Assembly: GCA_963664305.2 (NCBI GenBank)
Contig: CAXXLV010000002.1
Location: 1,312,001-1,376,000 of the forward strand
Direction: 5' to 3'
From: an uncultured Aliarcobacter sp.
Lineage (GTDB): Bacteria > Campylobacterota > Campylobacteria > Campylobacterales > Arcobacteraceae
Length of the DNA: 64,000 nucleotides
A program made the position numbers and the translations under genes. The notes under the pieces are model-generated. The model worked only from the letters and a program-made list of their open reading frames with translations. It was not told the DNA's origin and ran no database searches. Below are positions 9,643 through 19,341 of this stretch, piece after piece. The number at the start of each line of letters is the position of its first letter. The stretch's first letter is position 1.

Positions 9643-10953
9643 ATGATTAAATCAGTTTTGCCTCTTAGTGCAATTATTGCTCTAAGATTTTTCGGTTTAT
9701 TTTTAGTTTTACCTATTATTTCAGTTTATGCTATAAATTTAGAAGGTGCAACACCAACACTTGTTGGTATTGTAATTGGTGGTTATGCATTAACTCAAAT
9801 GATTTTTCAAGTTCCATTTGGAGTAATAAGTGACAAATTAGGAAGAAAAGGTACGATTATTATGGGATTATTGCTTTTTGCAGTTGGTTCTTTAATCTGT
9901 GCTGTTTCTAATGATATTTACAGCTTATTATTTGGTAGATTACTTCAAGGTGCAGGTGCTATTGGAGCAGTTGTTACTGCAACAATTAGTGATTTAGTAA
10001 AAGAAGAACAAAGACCAAAAGCTATGGCTTTAATGGGTTCATCAATTGCTATTGCATTTGCAGTTTCTATGATTGCTGGTCCTACAATAGGGGCTGCATT
10101 TGGTGTTCACTCTTTATTTTATATTACAATGGTTATAGCTTTAGGTTCTATTTTTGTTTTAATCAAAATGGTTCCAAATCCTCCACATATAACTCACACT
10201 TATAATAAAAAAGCAAATTTAGGTGAAGTTTTAGGAAATACAAATTTGATTAAAATGAATATTACAAACTTTTTACAAAAAGGTTTAATGACATTTGCTT
10301 TTATGATTATTCCAATCACTTTAGTAAATCACTTTGAATGGACAATGGGTGAATTATGGAAAGTATATCTTCCAGCTATGATTTGTGGTGTTATTGCTAT
10401 GGGACCTGCTGCTGTTATTGCAGAGAAAAAAGGAAAATTTAAAGAGATATTAATCATCGGGATTATATTTTTTGCTATCTCTTATTTAGTAATTGGATTA
10501 AGTTCAAGTGCTGTTGTTTTTGTAGTAGGTGTTGTTATATTCTTTATTGGATTTAACATGCATGAACCAATTATGCAATCACTTGCTTCAAAATTTGCAA
10601 AAGTTCATCAAAGAGGTTTAGTTTTAGGAATCTTCAACTCTGCTGGTTATTTAGGAACATTCCTTGGTGGAATGATTGGAGGAATGTTTTATAAAAATGT
10701 AACTCTATCAACTTTAGTTATTACAATTGCGATTATTTGCGTTTTATGGGCTATTTTAATTTTCACTATGCCAAATCCTGCTAAAAAAAGATTTTTATAT
10801 CTTTCTTTAGATGAATATCATTTAGAAAATAGCAAAAATCTAAATAATCAAGCAATTGATGAATGGTATATCAACAATACTGAAAATATAATTGCAATTA
10901 AATATGATAATGAAAAAATAAGTGAAGAAGAGATAAAAAATCTTCTAAAATAA
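9643..10953 (+). CDS. MFS transporter (YajR-like)
   Basis: About 12 TM helices, motif A SDKLGRK, small soluble C-terminal domain. Confidence 0.9.
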   Translation: MIKSVLPLSAIIALRFFGLFLVLPIISVYAINLEGATPTLVGIVIGGYALTQMIFQVPFGVISDKLGRKGTIIMGLLLFAVGSLICAVSNDIYSLLFGRLLQGAGAIGAVVTATISDLVKEEQRPKAMALMGSSIAIAFAVSMIAGPTIGAAFGVHSLFYITMVIALGSIFVLIKMVPNPPHITHTYNKKANLGEVLGNTNLIKMNITNFLQKGLMTFAFMIIPITLVNHFEWTMGELWKVYLPAMICGVIAMGPAAVIAEKKGKFKEILIIGIIFFAISYLVIGLSSSAVVFVVGVVIFFIGFNMHEPIMQSLASKFAKVHQRGLVLGIFNSAGYLGTFLGGMIGGMFYKNVTLSTLVITIAIICVLWAILIFTMPNPAKKRFLYLSLDEYHLENSKNLNNQAIDEWYINNTENIIAIKYDNEKISEEEIKNLLK

Positions 10954-11010
10954 CTTCTTTAATTTTAATTAAATATTAGATAATATATGTAATAAAAAAA
11001 AGGAGATAAG

Positions 11011-11652
11011 ATGAAAAAAATGTTATTCATTTTAATTTTTCTTATCCCCTTTTTATCTCTATTTGTAACTGCCTCAAAAACATTCAATATTGACCCAGCT
11101 CAACTAGCTTCCATAGAAAATAAATATGGTTCAAGTGCTAAAAAAAGAGTTGAAATGTGGGACTCTATGATGGAAGCTTCTAAAGATGAATCTGTTTTAA
11201 ATAAACTTAAAAATGTTAATGATTTTTTTAATAGATTAACATATAAAACCGATTTAGCACACTGGAAGAAAAAAGATTATTGGGCTACACCTATTGAATT
11301 TATGGGAACTGGAGCTGGAGATTGTGAAGATTATGCAATTGCAAAATATTTTTCACTAATTAAACTAGGTGTTCCTGATGACAAGTTAAGAATTACCTAC
11401 GTTACTTATTCAAAAGCAAATAGTAAATTTGACCAAGCTCACATGGTTTTAACATATTATCATCAAGCTGGGGCAATTCCTGTAGTTTTAGATAATATTA
11501 ATCAAAGTTTACAACTTGCTACAAAAAGACCTGACTTAAAACCTGTTTATAGTTTTAATGCAACTGGATTATGGCAAGCACAAACAAAAGGTGAAAAACG
11601 AATTGGTGAGAATAATCTTAAATCTTGGAAAGATTTAATGAGTAGATTTTAA
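11011..11652 (+). CDS. lapG: LapG-like periplasmic transglutaminase-like cysteine protease
   Basis: Signal peptide; DYWATPIEF, GDCEDYAIAKY (Cys), HMVL (His), LDN (Asp); PVYSFN; directly upstream of a lapD-like gene. Confidence 0.9.
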   Translation: MKKMLFILIFLIPFLSLFVTASKTFNIDPAQLASIENKYGSSAKKRVEMWDSMMEASKDESVLNKLKNVNDFFNRLTYKTDLAHWKKKDYWATPIEFMGTGAGDCEDYAIAKYFSLIKLGVPDDKLRITYVTYSKANSKFDQAHMVLTYYHQAGAIPVVLDNINQSLQLATKRPDLKPVYSFNATGLWQAQTKGEKRIGENNLKSWKDLMSRF

Positions 11653-11666
11653 AAAAGGAAGAAAAA

Positions 11667-13895
11667 ATGTCTTTATCTAAACAGCTATATATAATCATAT
11701 CAATAATATTTTTTATGATTTTTACTGGTAATTTTATAATTAGTGTTAAAAATACTAAAGAGTATTTAGAAGTTGAATCTCAAACAAAAGCACAAGATAC
11801 TGCAACATCTTTGGGAATGAGTTTAAAAAATCTTTTAAAAGATAAAACAAATCCTGAAATTGAATCAGTAATTAATGCTATTGCAAATAGAGGTTTTTAT
11901 AAAGAAATCCGTTTAGAAGATGCTTTATTTACAATAAAAGAGAGTGATTTAATAAAAGCTTCAAAAGATTTAGACAATTCAATGTGGGAAATTTCTAATT
12001 TAACAATAGATGAAAAATTAGGAAAAATTGAAGTAAATACTTTAAGTGATGATTTTGAAAAAGAGTTATTGTCTTTAGAAAATCCAACAGAAGAAGTTGT
12101 AAAAAAACCTACAATAAAAAATCCAAGTGAAAATATTTATAACTTTATTCCTAGTGTAAAAACAGATGGAAAAATCACTTTAACTTTTAATTTTACAGCA
12201 ACTAACCAATTTGATAAAAAGATAGAAACAAGTGCAACCATAACTTTAAATAAAATATTAGTTCAAGTTAGTAGAGAGATAAGATTTGATTCTGTTCCAG
12301 AATGGTTTATACATTTAATCCCAATTGAACTTGATGAACAAGTAAGTGAAATAAGTAATGGTTGGCAAACAAGTGCTATTATTTATGTAAGTGCAAATCC
12401 TGGTGACGCTTACGACAAACTATATAGTCAAGCAAAAAGCGCAATTATTTATGCAATTATTGCTTTCATAATTTCAATTGTGATTTTATTTGTATTTGTT
12501 CAATATCTATTAAAACCATTAAAAAAACTTGAAAAATTAGCTCATAGTATTGCAAGTGGTAAATTTGGTAAAATCGATCATCTTCCTTGGACAACTGAGA
12601 TAAAAGCTGTTGCAATTGCATTTAATGACATGTCAACTAAAATTGAAAATATTATCAATAGATTAAATTCAACACTTGAAAATCTTACAAGAAAATTATC
12701 ACTTGATGAATTAACAGGATTAGCTTTAAAACAAAGTTTTGAAACAGATATGAAACATATGTTTATTCACAAATCAACTGGATACATTTTCGTAATCAAA
12801 ATATTTGATTTAGCATCTTTTGCAAAAGCTCATACAAATACAGAGGTAAACAACTTTATTAAAAAATTTGCAAAAGTTTTAGCAACTACAAAATTAAATG
12901 ATAAATCAAAAGTAACAGCTTATAGATTTTTTGGTTCAGAATTTGCTTTAATTGCGCAAAATTTCTCTTATGAAGATGCAGTAAATTTTACAAAATTACT
13001 GCAAAAAGGTTTTGAAGAAGTATCAACAGAATTTAATAAAAATGACATTGTTCATATTGGTGCAACTCCATTTAATCCAATTGGAACAACTCCTGAAATT
13101 TTACAAAGTGCAAATCAAGCCTATGAAAAAGCAACAGTAATTGGTCCAAATGAATTCTTTATAACTGATACTAATGAATTAGTAAAAGATATGGAAAGCT
13201 GGAGAGAGTTAATTTTTGATATTATTGATAATTCTAAGTTTGATGTAAATTATATTAGTGATTGTAAAAAACTTGATGAATCACATGATAATATCGTAAT
13301 GCAAGAGGCATTCACATCAATAAAAGATAAAGATAATAACAATATTCCTATTGGAACATTTGTTTCAATTGCCGAAAAATATGAAAAAATCGTTGATTTT
13401 GATAAAAAAGTTATCCAAAAAGTAATGAATTATATTTTAATCAATAATATAAAACATGATATTTCAATCAATCTATCTTTAGAGTCAATAAACAATACTG
13501 CATTTATTGCTTGGTTAGAGAAAAAATTAGTTGAAAATAAAAATATTGCTTCTCAACTTGTATTTAGTGCAACTGCTTATGCGGTTGCAAAAGATGTTGA
13601 TAAATTCAAATTCTTTGCAGATGAAATGCATCAATGTGGAGCAAAAATTATTATAAAAAGATTTGAAACTAAATTTATACCATTAAATAATATTAAAGAT
13701 TTTAATTTAGATTATATAAGATTGGCAAGAGATTATACAAGTGAAATATCAAATGATTATTCTAAACAAAGTTTTGTTGAATCAATCTCTGAATTAGCAA
13801 CTTTACTAAATATAAAACTATTAGCTGAAAATGTTCAAAAAGATGAAGATTTAGCATTTATAAAAAAACACAACTTATATGCTGCAAGTAGATAA
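11667..13895 (+). CDS. lapD: LapD-like c-di-GMP receptor (LapD/MoxY periplasmic domain-HAMP-degenerate GGDEF-degenerate EAL)
   Basis: MSLSKQL start, AQDTATSLG, VPEWF, GWQ LapG-anchor Trp; GGDEF degenerated to FGSEF, EAL to QEAF, DDFG to KRFE. Confidence 0.88.
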   Translation: MSLSKQLYIIISIIFFMIFTGNFIISVKNTKEYLEVESQTKAQDTATSLGMSLKNLLKDKTNPEIESVINAIANRGFYKEIRLEDALFTIKESDLIKASKDLDNSMWEISNLTIDEKLGKIEVNTLSDDFEKELLSLENPTEEVVKKPTIKNPSENIYNFIPSVKTDGKITLTFNFTATNQFDKKIETSATITLNKILVQVSREIRFDSVPEWFIHLIPIELDEQVSEISNGWQTSAIIYVSANPGDAYDKLYSQAKSAIIYAIIAFIISIVILFVFVQYLLKPLKKLEKLAHSIASGKFGKIDHLPWTTEIKAVAIAFNDMSTKIENIINRLNSTLENLTRKLSLDELTGLALKQSFETDMKHMFIHKSTGYIFVIKIFDLASFAKAHTNTEVNNFIKKFAKVLATTKLNDKSKVTAYRFFGSEFALIAQNFSYEDAVNFTKLLQKGFEEVSTEFNKNDIVHIGATPFNPIGTTPEILQSANQAYEKATVIGPNEFFITDTNELVKDMESWRELIFDIIDNSKFDVNYISDCKKLDESHDNIVMQEAFTSIKDKDNNNIPIGTFVSIAEKYEKIVDFDKKVIQKVMNYILINNIKHDISINLSLESINNTAFIAWLEKKLVENKNIASQLVFSATAYAVAKDVDKFKFFADEMHQCGAKIIIKRFETKFIPLNNIKDFNLDYIRLARDYTSEISNDYSKQSFVESISELATLLNIKLLAENVQKDEDLAFIKKHNLYAASR

Positions 13896-13908
13896 TTTCT
13901 ACTTGTAG
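13882..13908 (+). terminator. Hairpin over the lapD stop codon
   Basis: CTGCAAGTAGA-TAATT-TCTACTTGTAG inverted repeat; weak U-tract. Confidence 0.5.
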
Positions 13909-13975
13909 TAACATGTATTAATTTATCATTTATACTTTTACACTATGATACTGTTTTTTATTTCTAAGGAATTTA

Positions 13976-16900
13976 ATGTTTGAAAAGATTTTAAGATTTT
14001 TTGTTGAAAATTCAAGAATAAATTATACTTTTTTTATTTTAGTTTTTGCTGTTGGGATTTGGTCTTATAGTAAAACACCAAAGGAAATTTTTCCTAGTTT
14101 TGATTTAGATATGATTTCAATCAAAGGTTCATATAGTGGAGCTAGTGTTGATATCTTAGATAAAATGGCTGTTTCTGAAATCGAAGATAAAATCAAAAAT
14201 TATGACTCAATTGATACTATGTCAACAATAATAAGCCCAGGAAAATTTACGATTGTTTTAGAACTAAAAAAAGGTTTTAACAAATATGTAGAAGCGGATA
14301 AATTAAAAGATGCAATTACTTTAATAAAAACAAATTTACCTTCTGATATGGATGAACCTTCGGTTAATACACTAGATAGAACTAGATCTTTAGTTGATAT
14401 TTCTGTTACATCTAAGAAATTCTCTGTTGATGAATTAAAACCTTTTGCAGATAATTTAAAAAGTAAACTTTTAACAATAAATGGAATAAATGAAATTACT
14501 GTCTTTGGGGATTCTGATAAATATTTTGAAGTATTACTTGATGAAAAAAAGATTGATGCATTAGGGTTAAATAAAAGTGATGTATTTACTGTTATTTCTA
14601 ACTTATCTTACATTTTTCCCATTGGAAAAATTGAAGACCCAAAAAAGCACTACTATGTTTCTACAAACAATGGAGCTAAAACAGCTTTAGAATTTGAAAA
14701 TACAAAAGTAAAAATTTCTGGAAAAACTCTTTATGTAAAAGATATTGCGATTATTTCAAAAAAATATGAAGACTCTTCAACTTTATACTCTTTCAACGGA
14801 GAAAATGCCTTATCTTTAGAAATAGTTCAAGCAGATACAGCAGATGCAATAAAAATAGTAAAAGAGATAAAAAAACTATTACCAAATATTCAAAAAAACA
14901 ATCCAGATATAAATATCTCAATTGCTGATGATAATAGTGAAAGAATTATTGATAGATTAAATGTTGTTTCTTCAAATATCTTTCTTGGAATAATTTTAAT
15001 TACAATTCTTGTAACTCTATTGATAAATGCAAGAATGTCATTTATTATTGGACTTGGAATTCCAACTTCATTTGTTATTGCTTCAATTTATATCTATTTT
15101 TCTGGATATACAATAAATATGATTTCACTTGTTGGTGTATTAATTGCAATTGGAATTGTTGTTGATGATGCGATTGTTGTTAGTGAAAATATCCAACAAC
15201 ATATAGAAGAAGGTTATTCACCAAAAGAAGCTGCAATTATGGGAGCAAAAGAGATGGTTGAACCAGTAACTGTTGCCTCACTTACAACTCTTTTTTCTTT
15301 TTTACCAATTTTAATGATAAGTGGAACAATGGGTGAAGTTATGAAATTAATTCCTATTGCATTAAGTGCTTTAGTTATTGCATCTTTAATTGAATCTTTT
15401 ATTTTCCTTCCAATACATGCTGCTCATACTTTAAAAAATGGCTCAAAGGTTACATCATGGGAAAAAGCAAATAAGATTTACAATAAAATCATTCATTTTT
15501 TCATGAATTGGAAAAAAACATTTATTACAATATTTATAATACTTGTTCCTTTTTTAACATTTGAATATATAAAAAGTTCTAGATTCCAAATGTTCCCACA
15601 GTTTGACTCAACAGATGTAAAAATAACTCTAAAAGCAAATGCAAATACTACACTTGAAGAAGCTTTTAAAATTGTAAGTTCAATTGAAGCTGACTTGTTA
15701 CAAAAAAGTGATGAATTTTATATTAGAAATATAAACTCAATTGCTGGATATAGAAAAGATGTAGGAAATAATACTGAAAATTTCCCATATGCTATGTATA
15801 TGACTGTTGAATTACAAAAACTAAAAGAGATGAATTTTTTAGATAAATATATTACCCCTAATTTAAGTTTATATTATGATAAAGAGGGAAGAACTAGAGA
15901 AGATACTTCTAATAATATTTCACAAAAATTAAAAGAATTTTTAAATCACCAAGATTATAAATCTAAATACAATCTTGATGAAATAGAAGTGCTTGAGAAA
16001 AAAGTTGGTCCTATAAAATCTGATATTCAAATAGGTATTGTAACTTCTGATAATCAAAAAGCTATAGCTTCTGTAGAAAAAATAGATGAAGCTTTAAAAA
16101 ATATAAAAGGTATTAAATCCTCTTCAAACTCATTAAAATTTGGAATTGATGAGATAAAAATAAAAGTAAATTCTTATGGAGAACAACTAGGACTTACTGA
16201 ATCATTTATAGGAAATTATCTTTCAAATTTATATTTACTAAAGAAAAAAGCTGTATCTTTTGATGAAGAAGAGATGCTTGATATAAAAATACAATCTCAA
16301 AATAAAGATGATTTTGAAAGTTTTAAAAACACAAAAATTCCATTATCAGATAATACAAATGTGAGTTTATATGAAGTTGTTGAGTTAAATACATTAAGAG
16401 CTTTTGAACAACTTCTAAAAGACAATGGAATTAAAAACTTTTATGTTTTTGCAAATGTAAATCCAGAAATTATAACGGCATCTGAAGTTCTAAAAAAACT
16501 ACAACCTACATTAGATGAGATTGAAGAAAAAGGGGTAAAAATAGTTTTAAAAGGTGAAGCAGAAAAAAATGCTGAATTAGGAAGAGATATGTTACTTGCA
16601 ACTGCTTTAGCCTTAATTCTGATTATGTTATCTATGCTTTATTTATTTAACTCTTTTAGAGAAACATTTATTGTAATGAGTGTTATTCCTTTTTCATTAT
16701 TAGGTGTTTTAATTGGTCATCAAATCATGGGACTAAATCTATCAATGCCTTCATTAATAGGTTCTTTAGGATTAGCAGGAGTTGTTATCAATGATGGAAT
16801 TATTATGATGACATATCTTAAAAAAGCAAAAACTTTAAATGAAATTTTTGAAAGAGCAACAAAAAGATTTAGACCTATTATAATTACATCTGTAACAACT

Positions 16901-17071
16901 TTAATAGGTATGTTATCTTTGATTTTATATCCAAGTGGAGAAGCTGTTATTTTCCAACCAATTGCTATTGCTTTAGGTTTTGGACTTGCTTGGGGAACTG
17001 TTTTAAATCTTATTTATCTACCTGTTTTATTTACTTTAACTCACAAACTAAGAAAAATGCCTAGAGAGTAA
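13976..17071 (+). CDS. RND family efflux transporter permease (AcrB-like)
   Basis: 1031 aa, GIVVDDAIVVSENI, RFRPIIITS, two large periplasmic loops. Confidence 0.93.
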   Translation: MFEKILRFFVENSRINYTFFILVFAVGIWSYSKTPKEIFPSFDLDMISIKGSYSGASVDILDKMAVSEIEDKIKNYDSIDTMSTIISPGKFTIVLELKKGFNKYVEADKLKDAITLIKTNLPSDMDEPSVNTLDRTRSLVDISVTSKKFSVDELKPFADNLKSKLLTINGINEITVFGDSDKYFEVLLDEKKIDALGLNKSDVFTVISNLSYIFPIGKIEDPKKHYYVSTNNGAKTALEFENTKVKISGKTLYVKDIAIISKKYEDSSTLYSFNGENALSLEIVQADTADAIKIVKEIKKLLPNIQKNNPDINISIADDNSERIIDRLNVVSSNIFLGIILITILVTLLINARMSFIIGLGIPTSFVIASIYIYFSGYTINMISLVGVLIAIGIVVDDAIVVSENIQQHIEEGYSPKEAAIMGAKEMVEPVTVASLTTLFSFLPILMISGTMGEVMKLIPIALSALVIASLIESFIFLPIHAAHTLKNGSKVTSWEKANKIYNKIIHFFMNWKKTFITIFIILVPFLTFEYIKSSRFQMFPQFDSTDVKITLKANANTTLEEAFKIVSSIEADLLQKSDEFYIRNINSIAGYRKDVGNNTENFPYAMYMTVELQKLKEMNFLDKYITPNLSLYYDKEGRTREDTSNNISQKLKEFLNHQDYKSKYNLDEIEVLEKKVGPIKSDIQIGIVTSDNQKAIASVEKIDEALKNIKGIKSSSNSLKFGIDEIKIKVNSYGEQLGLTESFIGNYLSNLYLLKKKAVSFDEEEMLDIKIQSQNKDDFESFKNTKIPLSDNTNVSLYEVVELNTLRAFEQLLKDNGIKNFYVFANVNPEIITASEVLKKLQPTLDEIEEKGVKIVLKGEAEKNAELGRDMLLATALALILIMLSMLYLFNSFRETFIVMSVIPFSLLGVLIGHQIMGLNLSMPSLIGSLGLAGVVINDGIIMMTYLKKAKTLNEIFERATKRFRPIIITSVTTLIGMLSLILYPSGEAVIFQPIAIALGFGLAWGTVLNLIYLPVLFTLTHKLRKMPRE

Positions 17072-17081
17072 AATCTTTAGG

Positions 17082-17843
17082 CTAAATTATAAAAATAAAA
17101 CTTTTTAAAGCTGTTAAACTCATTTCATAAGGTTCAACATTTATTTTTCTAAGTGTATGTTCTACATTTGTAATCATTTTAGAAAAAACAATCTCATAAG
17201 AAAAATTTGATGGGTCTAAAACACTTTCTCGATTTGCTTTTATATAAAGTAAATCATTTATGATATTGTAATCACCTTGATATTTCTTCTCAAATTCTAA
17301 CTGCCAATTATTTTGCCAAGTATTAAATAAATAATCTCCATATTCATCTTTTGCAGTTCTTATTTTCCAACGTGCAACTTGTAGATATTCATAAAGTTTT
17401 TTCATCTCTTCTTGATCATATGAAATTGCAGAAAATTGATGATTTTCATCCATCATAAAAGCTTTGTGAATCATCTTATATAAACCTAAAATCAGAAGGT
17501 CATTTCGATTTTCAATCTTTTTTGGAGAAAATGCATAATAAAAATATTCATTTGATTTTTCTAAAACTTGCCCATTTTGAACTAAATTTATAAAATTTTT
17601 TTTCGTTATTATTTCTTGAACAATACTACTTTGAAGATTTTTATTATAAGCATTTGGATTTCGTAAATCCAACTTCTTTTTATATCGAATTAAATCTTTT
17701 AATATCTCTTCTTTAAACTCATCTACTTGCGTTGCAGCGTTGGTTTGAGCTACACTTTTTATAGAGCTTTGGTCTAAAGTACAAGCCTGAATGAAAAAAG
17801 ATAAACTTAATAAAAAAATAACTTGAACCTTATTTATTTTCAT
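17082..17843 (-). CDS. Hypothetical lipoprotein
   Basis: Lipobox IQAC after a hydrophobic signal; no family recognised. Confidence 0.65.
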   Translation of the reverse strand: MKINKVQVIFLLSLSFFIQACTLDQSSIKSVAQTNAATQVDEFKEEILKDLIRYKKKLDLRNPNAYNKNLQSSIVQEIITKKNFINLVQNGQVLEKSNEYFYYAFSPKKIENRNDLLILGLYKMIHKAFMMDENHQFSAISYDQEEMKKLYEYLQVARWKIRTAKDEYGDYLFNTWQNNWQLEFEKKYQGDYNIINDLLYIKANRESVLDPSNFSYEIVFSKMITNVEHTLRKINVEPYEMSLTALKSFIFII

Positions 17844-17948
17844 AAATTTCCTTTTTATTTTATTATATAAAAAAATTTATTATTTGCAAAGCCTATTTGA
17901 TATTTTATTTTTAATACTATATAGTTCAGAAAAAAAATAAGGGATAAT

Positions 17949-18371
17949 ATGCCAATAGAGATTAACCAAACAGTTAAAATTATGTTTGAAGTGAGAGTTG
18001 ATGGTGTTTTAGTAGATGGAAGTAGAAGTAATAAACCATTTGAATTTCAATTTGGAGTAGGACAAGTAATTGCAGGACTTGAAAAAAGAATTATAAATAT
18101 GAAAGCAGGAGAAGCTGCTGATATTTTAGTTCCAGCTGCTGAAGCTTATGGAGAATATGACCCCTCAGGAGTTCAAACACTTCCTGTAGAACAATTTGTA
18201 GGAATTGATGATTTAAAAGTTGGTATGCAAATTCAAGCTCAAGATGAAAATGACCAACCAATTCAATTTATTGTAAAAGAAATTGGAGAAAAAGAAGTAA
18301 CAGTTGATTTTAATCATCCACTAGCTGGAAAAGATTTAGAATATAAAATAAAAATTGACTCACTTCTATAA
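17949..18371 (+). CDS. FKBP-type peptidyl-prolyl isomerase (SlyD/FkpB-like, no His-rich tail)
   Basis: GQVIAGLE, AYGEYD, VDFNHPLAGKDL. Confidence 0.93.
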   Translation: MPIEINQTVKIMFEVRVDGVLVDGSRSNKPFEFQFGVGQVIAGLEKRIINMKAGEAADILVPAAEAYGEYDPSGVQTLPVEQFVGIDDLKVGMQIQAQDENDQPIQFIVKEIGEKEVTVDFNHPLAGKDLEYKIKIDSLL

Positions 18372-18404
18372 AATAAAAAGATTTAATCTTTTTATTTTAT
18401 TACA

Positions 18405-18602
18405 TTACTGTAATATTTCCTGAACTCTTCCAACTTGCCCATCTTGAAGACGCACTTTTATTCCATGTGGATGTGTAGGTGAATTTGTAAGTATATTTTT
18501 TACAATCCCACTTGTAAATTTTCCTGTTCTTTGGTCTTCTTTTAGCACAATATTTACTTTTAGACCTGCTTTTATATTTATTCTTTTTTTAGCATCAAGC
18601 AT
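18405..18602 (-). CDS. YwbE family protein (DUF2196)
   Basis: VLKEDQRTG...LTNSPTHPHGIKVRLQDGQVGRV signature. Confidence 0.9.
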   Translation of the reverse strand: MLDAKKRINIKAGLKVNIVLKEDQRTGKFTSGIVKNILTNSPTHPHGIKVRLQDGQVGRVQEILQ

Positions 18603-18732
18603 TTTTTTCCTTAGTTAAAGATAATCTATTGTACTAGATTTAGAACATATACACAAGGAAATGTAGATTAAAATAACAAGTTTTTTAGTCAAAATATCTT
18701 AATATAATTTCAAAATATAATATGGATAATAA

Positions 18733-19329
18733 ATGCCAAAAATAGTTAATTCTAGTGAAAAAATTGATTTTATATGTGAAAAAGCCTATGAAGAATTTAT
18801 AAACAATGGAGTAAACAATTTTTCTTTAAATAAATTTATTGAATCTTTAAATATGTCAAAAGGGCAGTTTTATCATTATTTCAAAACTAAAGAAGAGTTA
18901 ATTTTTGAAGTAATTGATAAAAAAAGTGAAAAGTTTTTTATCGATACAGAAAAAAAGATAAATGAAGTTCAAACATTTTCGCAAAAACTTTTAGCTCTTT
19001 TTTCTTTTTATTTAGTTCTATCAGACCCTGAAAATAAATCTTTTGATAAATTGATGAAAGATACGTTTTATATGTATTTGAATATTGAAAATGAATTTAT
19101 AAAACAGAAAAATGCCGAGTGTTACAATTATTTATTTAGTGCTACAAATGAAATCTTTGATGAAATGATTGCTAAAAAATTTTTACAAGAAAATGCTAAA
19201 AAATTCATTCCAAGTTTAATCGCAACTGCTGATGGTATGTATTTACAATCTATCACTTTAGAAAATTACAATCTAAAAGAAAATCTAGTTGATTATATTA
19301 AAATGTTAGAAGATTTATTAAAAAAATAA
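18733..19329 (+). CDS. TetR/AcrR family transcriptional regulator
   Basis: N-terminal HTH with MSKGQFYHYFKTKEEL. Confidence 0.92.
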   Translation: MPKIVNSSEKIDFICEKAYEEFINNGVNNFSLNKFIESLNMSKGQFYHYFKTKEELIFEVIDKKSEKFFIDTEKKINEVQTFSQKLLALFSFYLVLSDPENKSFDKLMKDTFYMYLNIENEFIKQKNAECYNYLFSATNEIFDEMIAKKFLQENAKKFIPSLIATADGMYLQSITLENYNLKENLVDYIKMLEDLLKK

Positions 19330-19341
19330 GAAAGAAAAGAT

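Noticed and set aside
18650..18661. TACACAAGGAAA, an exact 12-nt complement of the sRNA candidate's seed (same 12-mer at 44806-44817), upstream of tetR
   Set aside because: It lies upstream of the likely tetR -10 elements (about 18702-18721), so probably outside the mRNA, and a 12-mer match is plausible by chance in AT-rich DNA. Worth rechecking only if the TSS maps further upstream.
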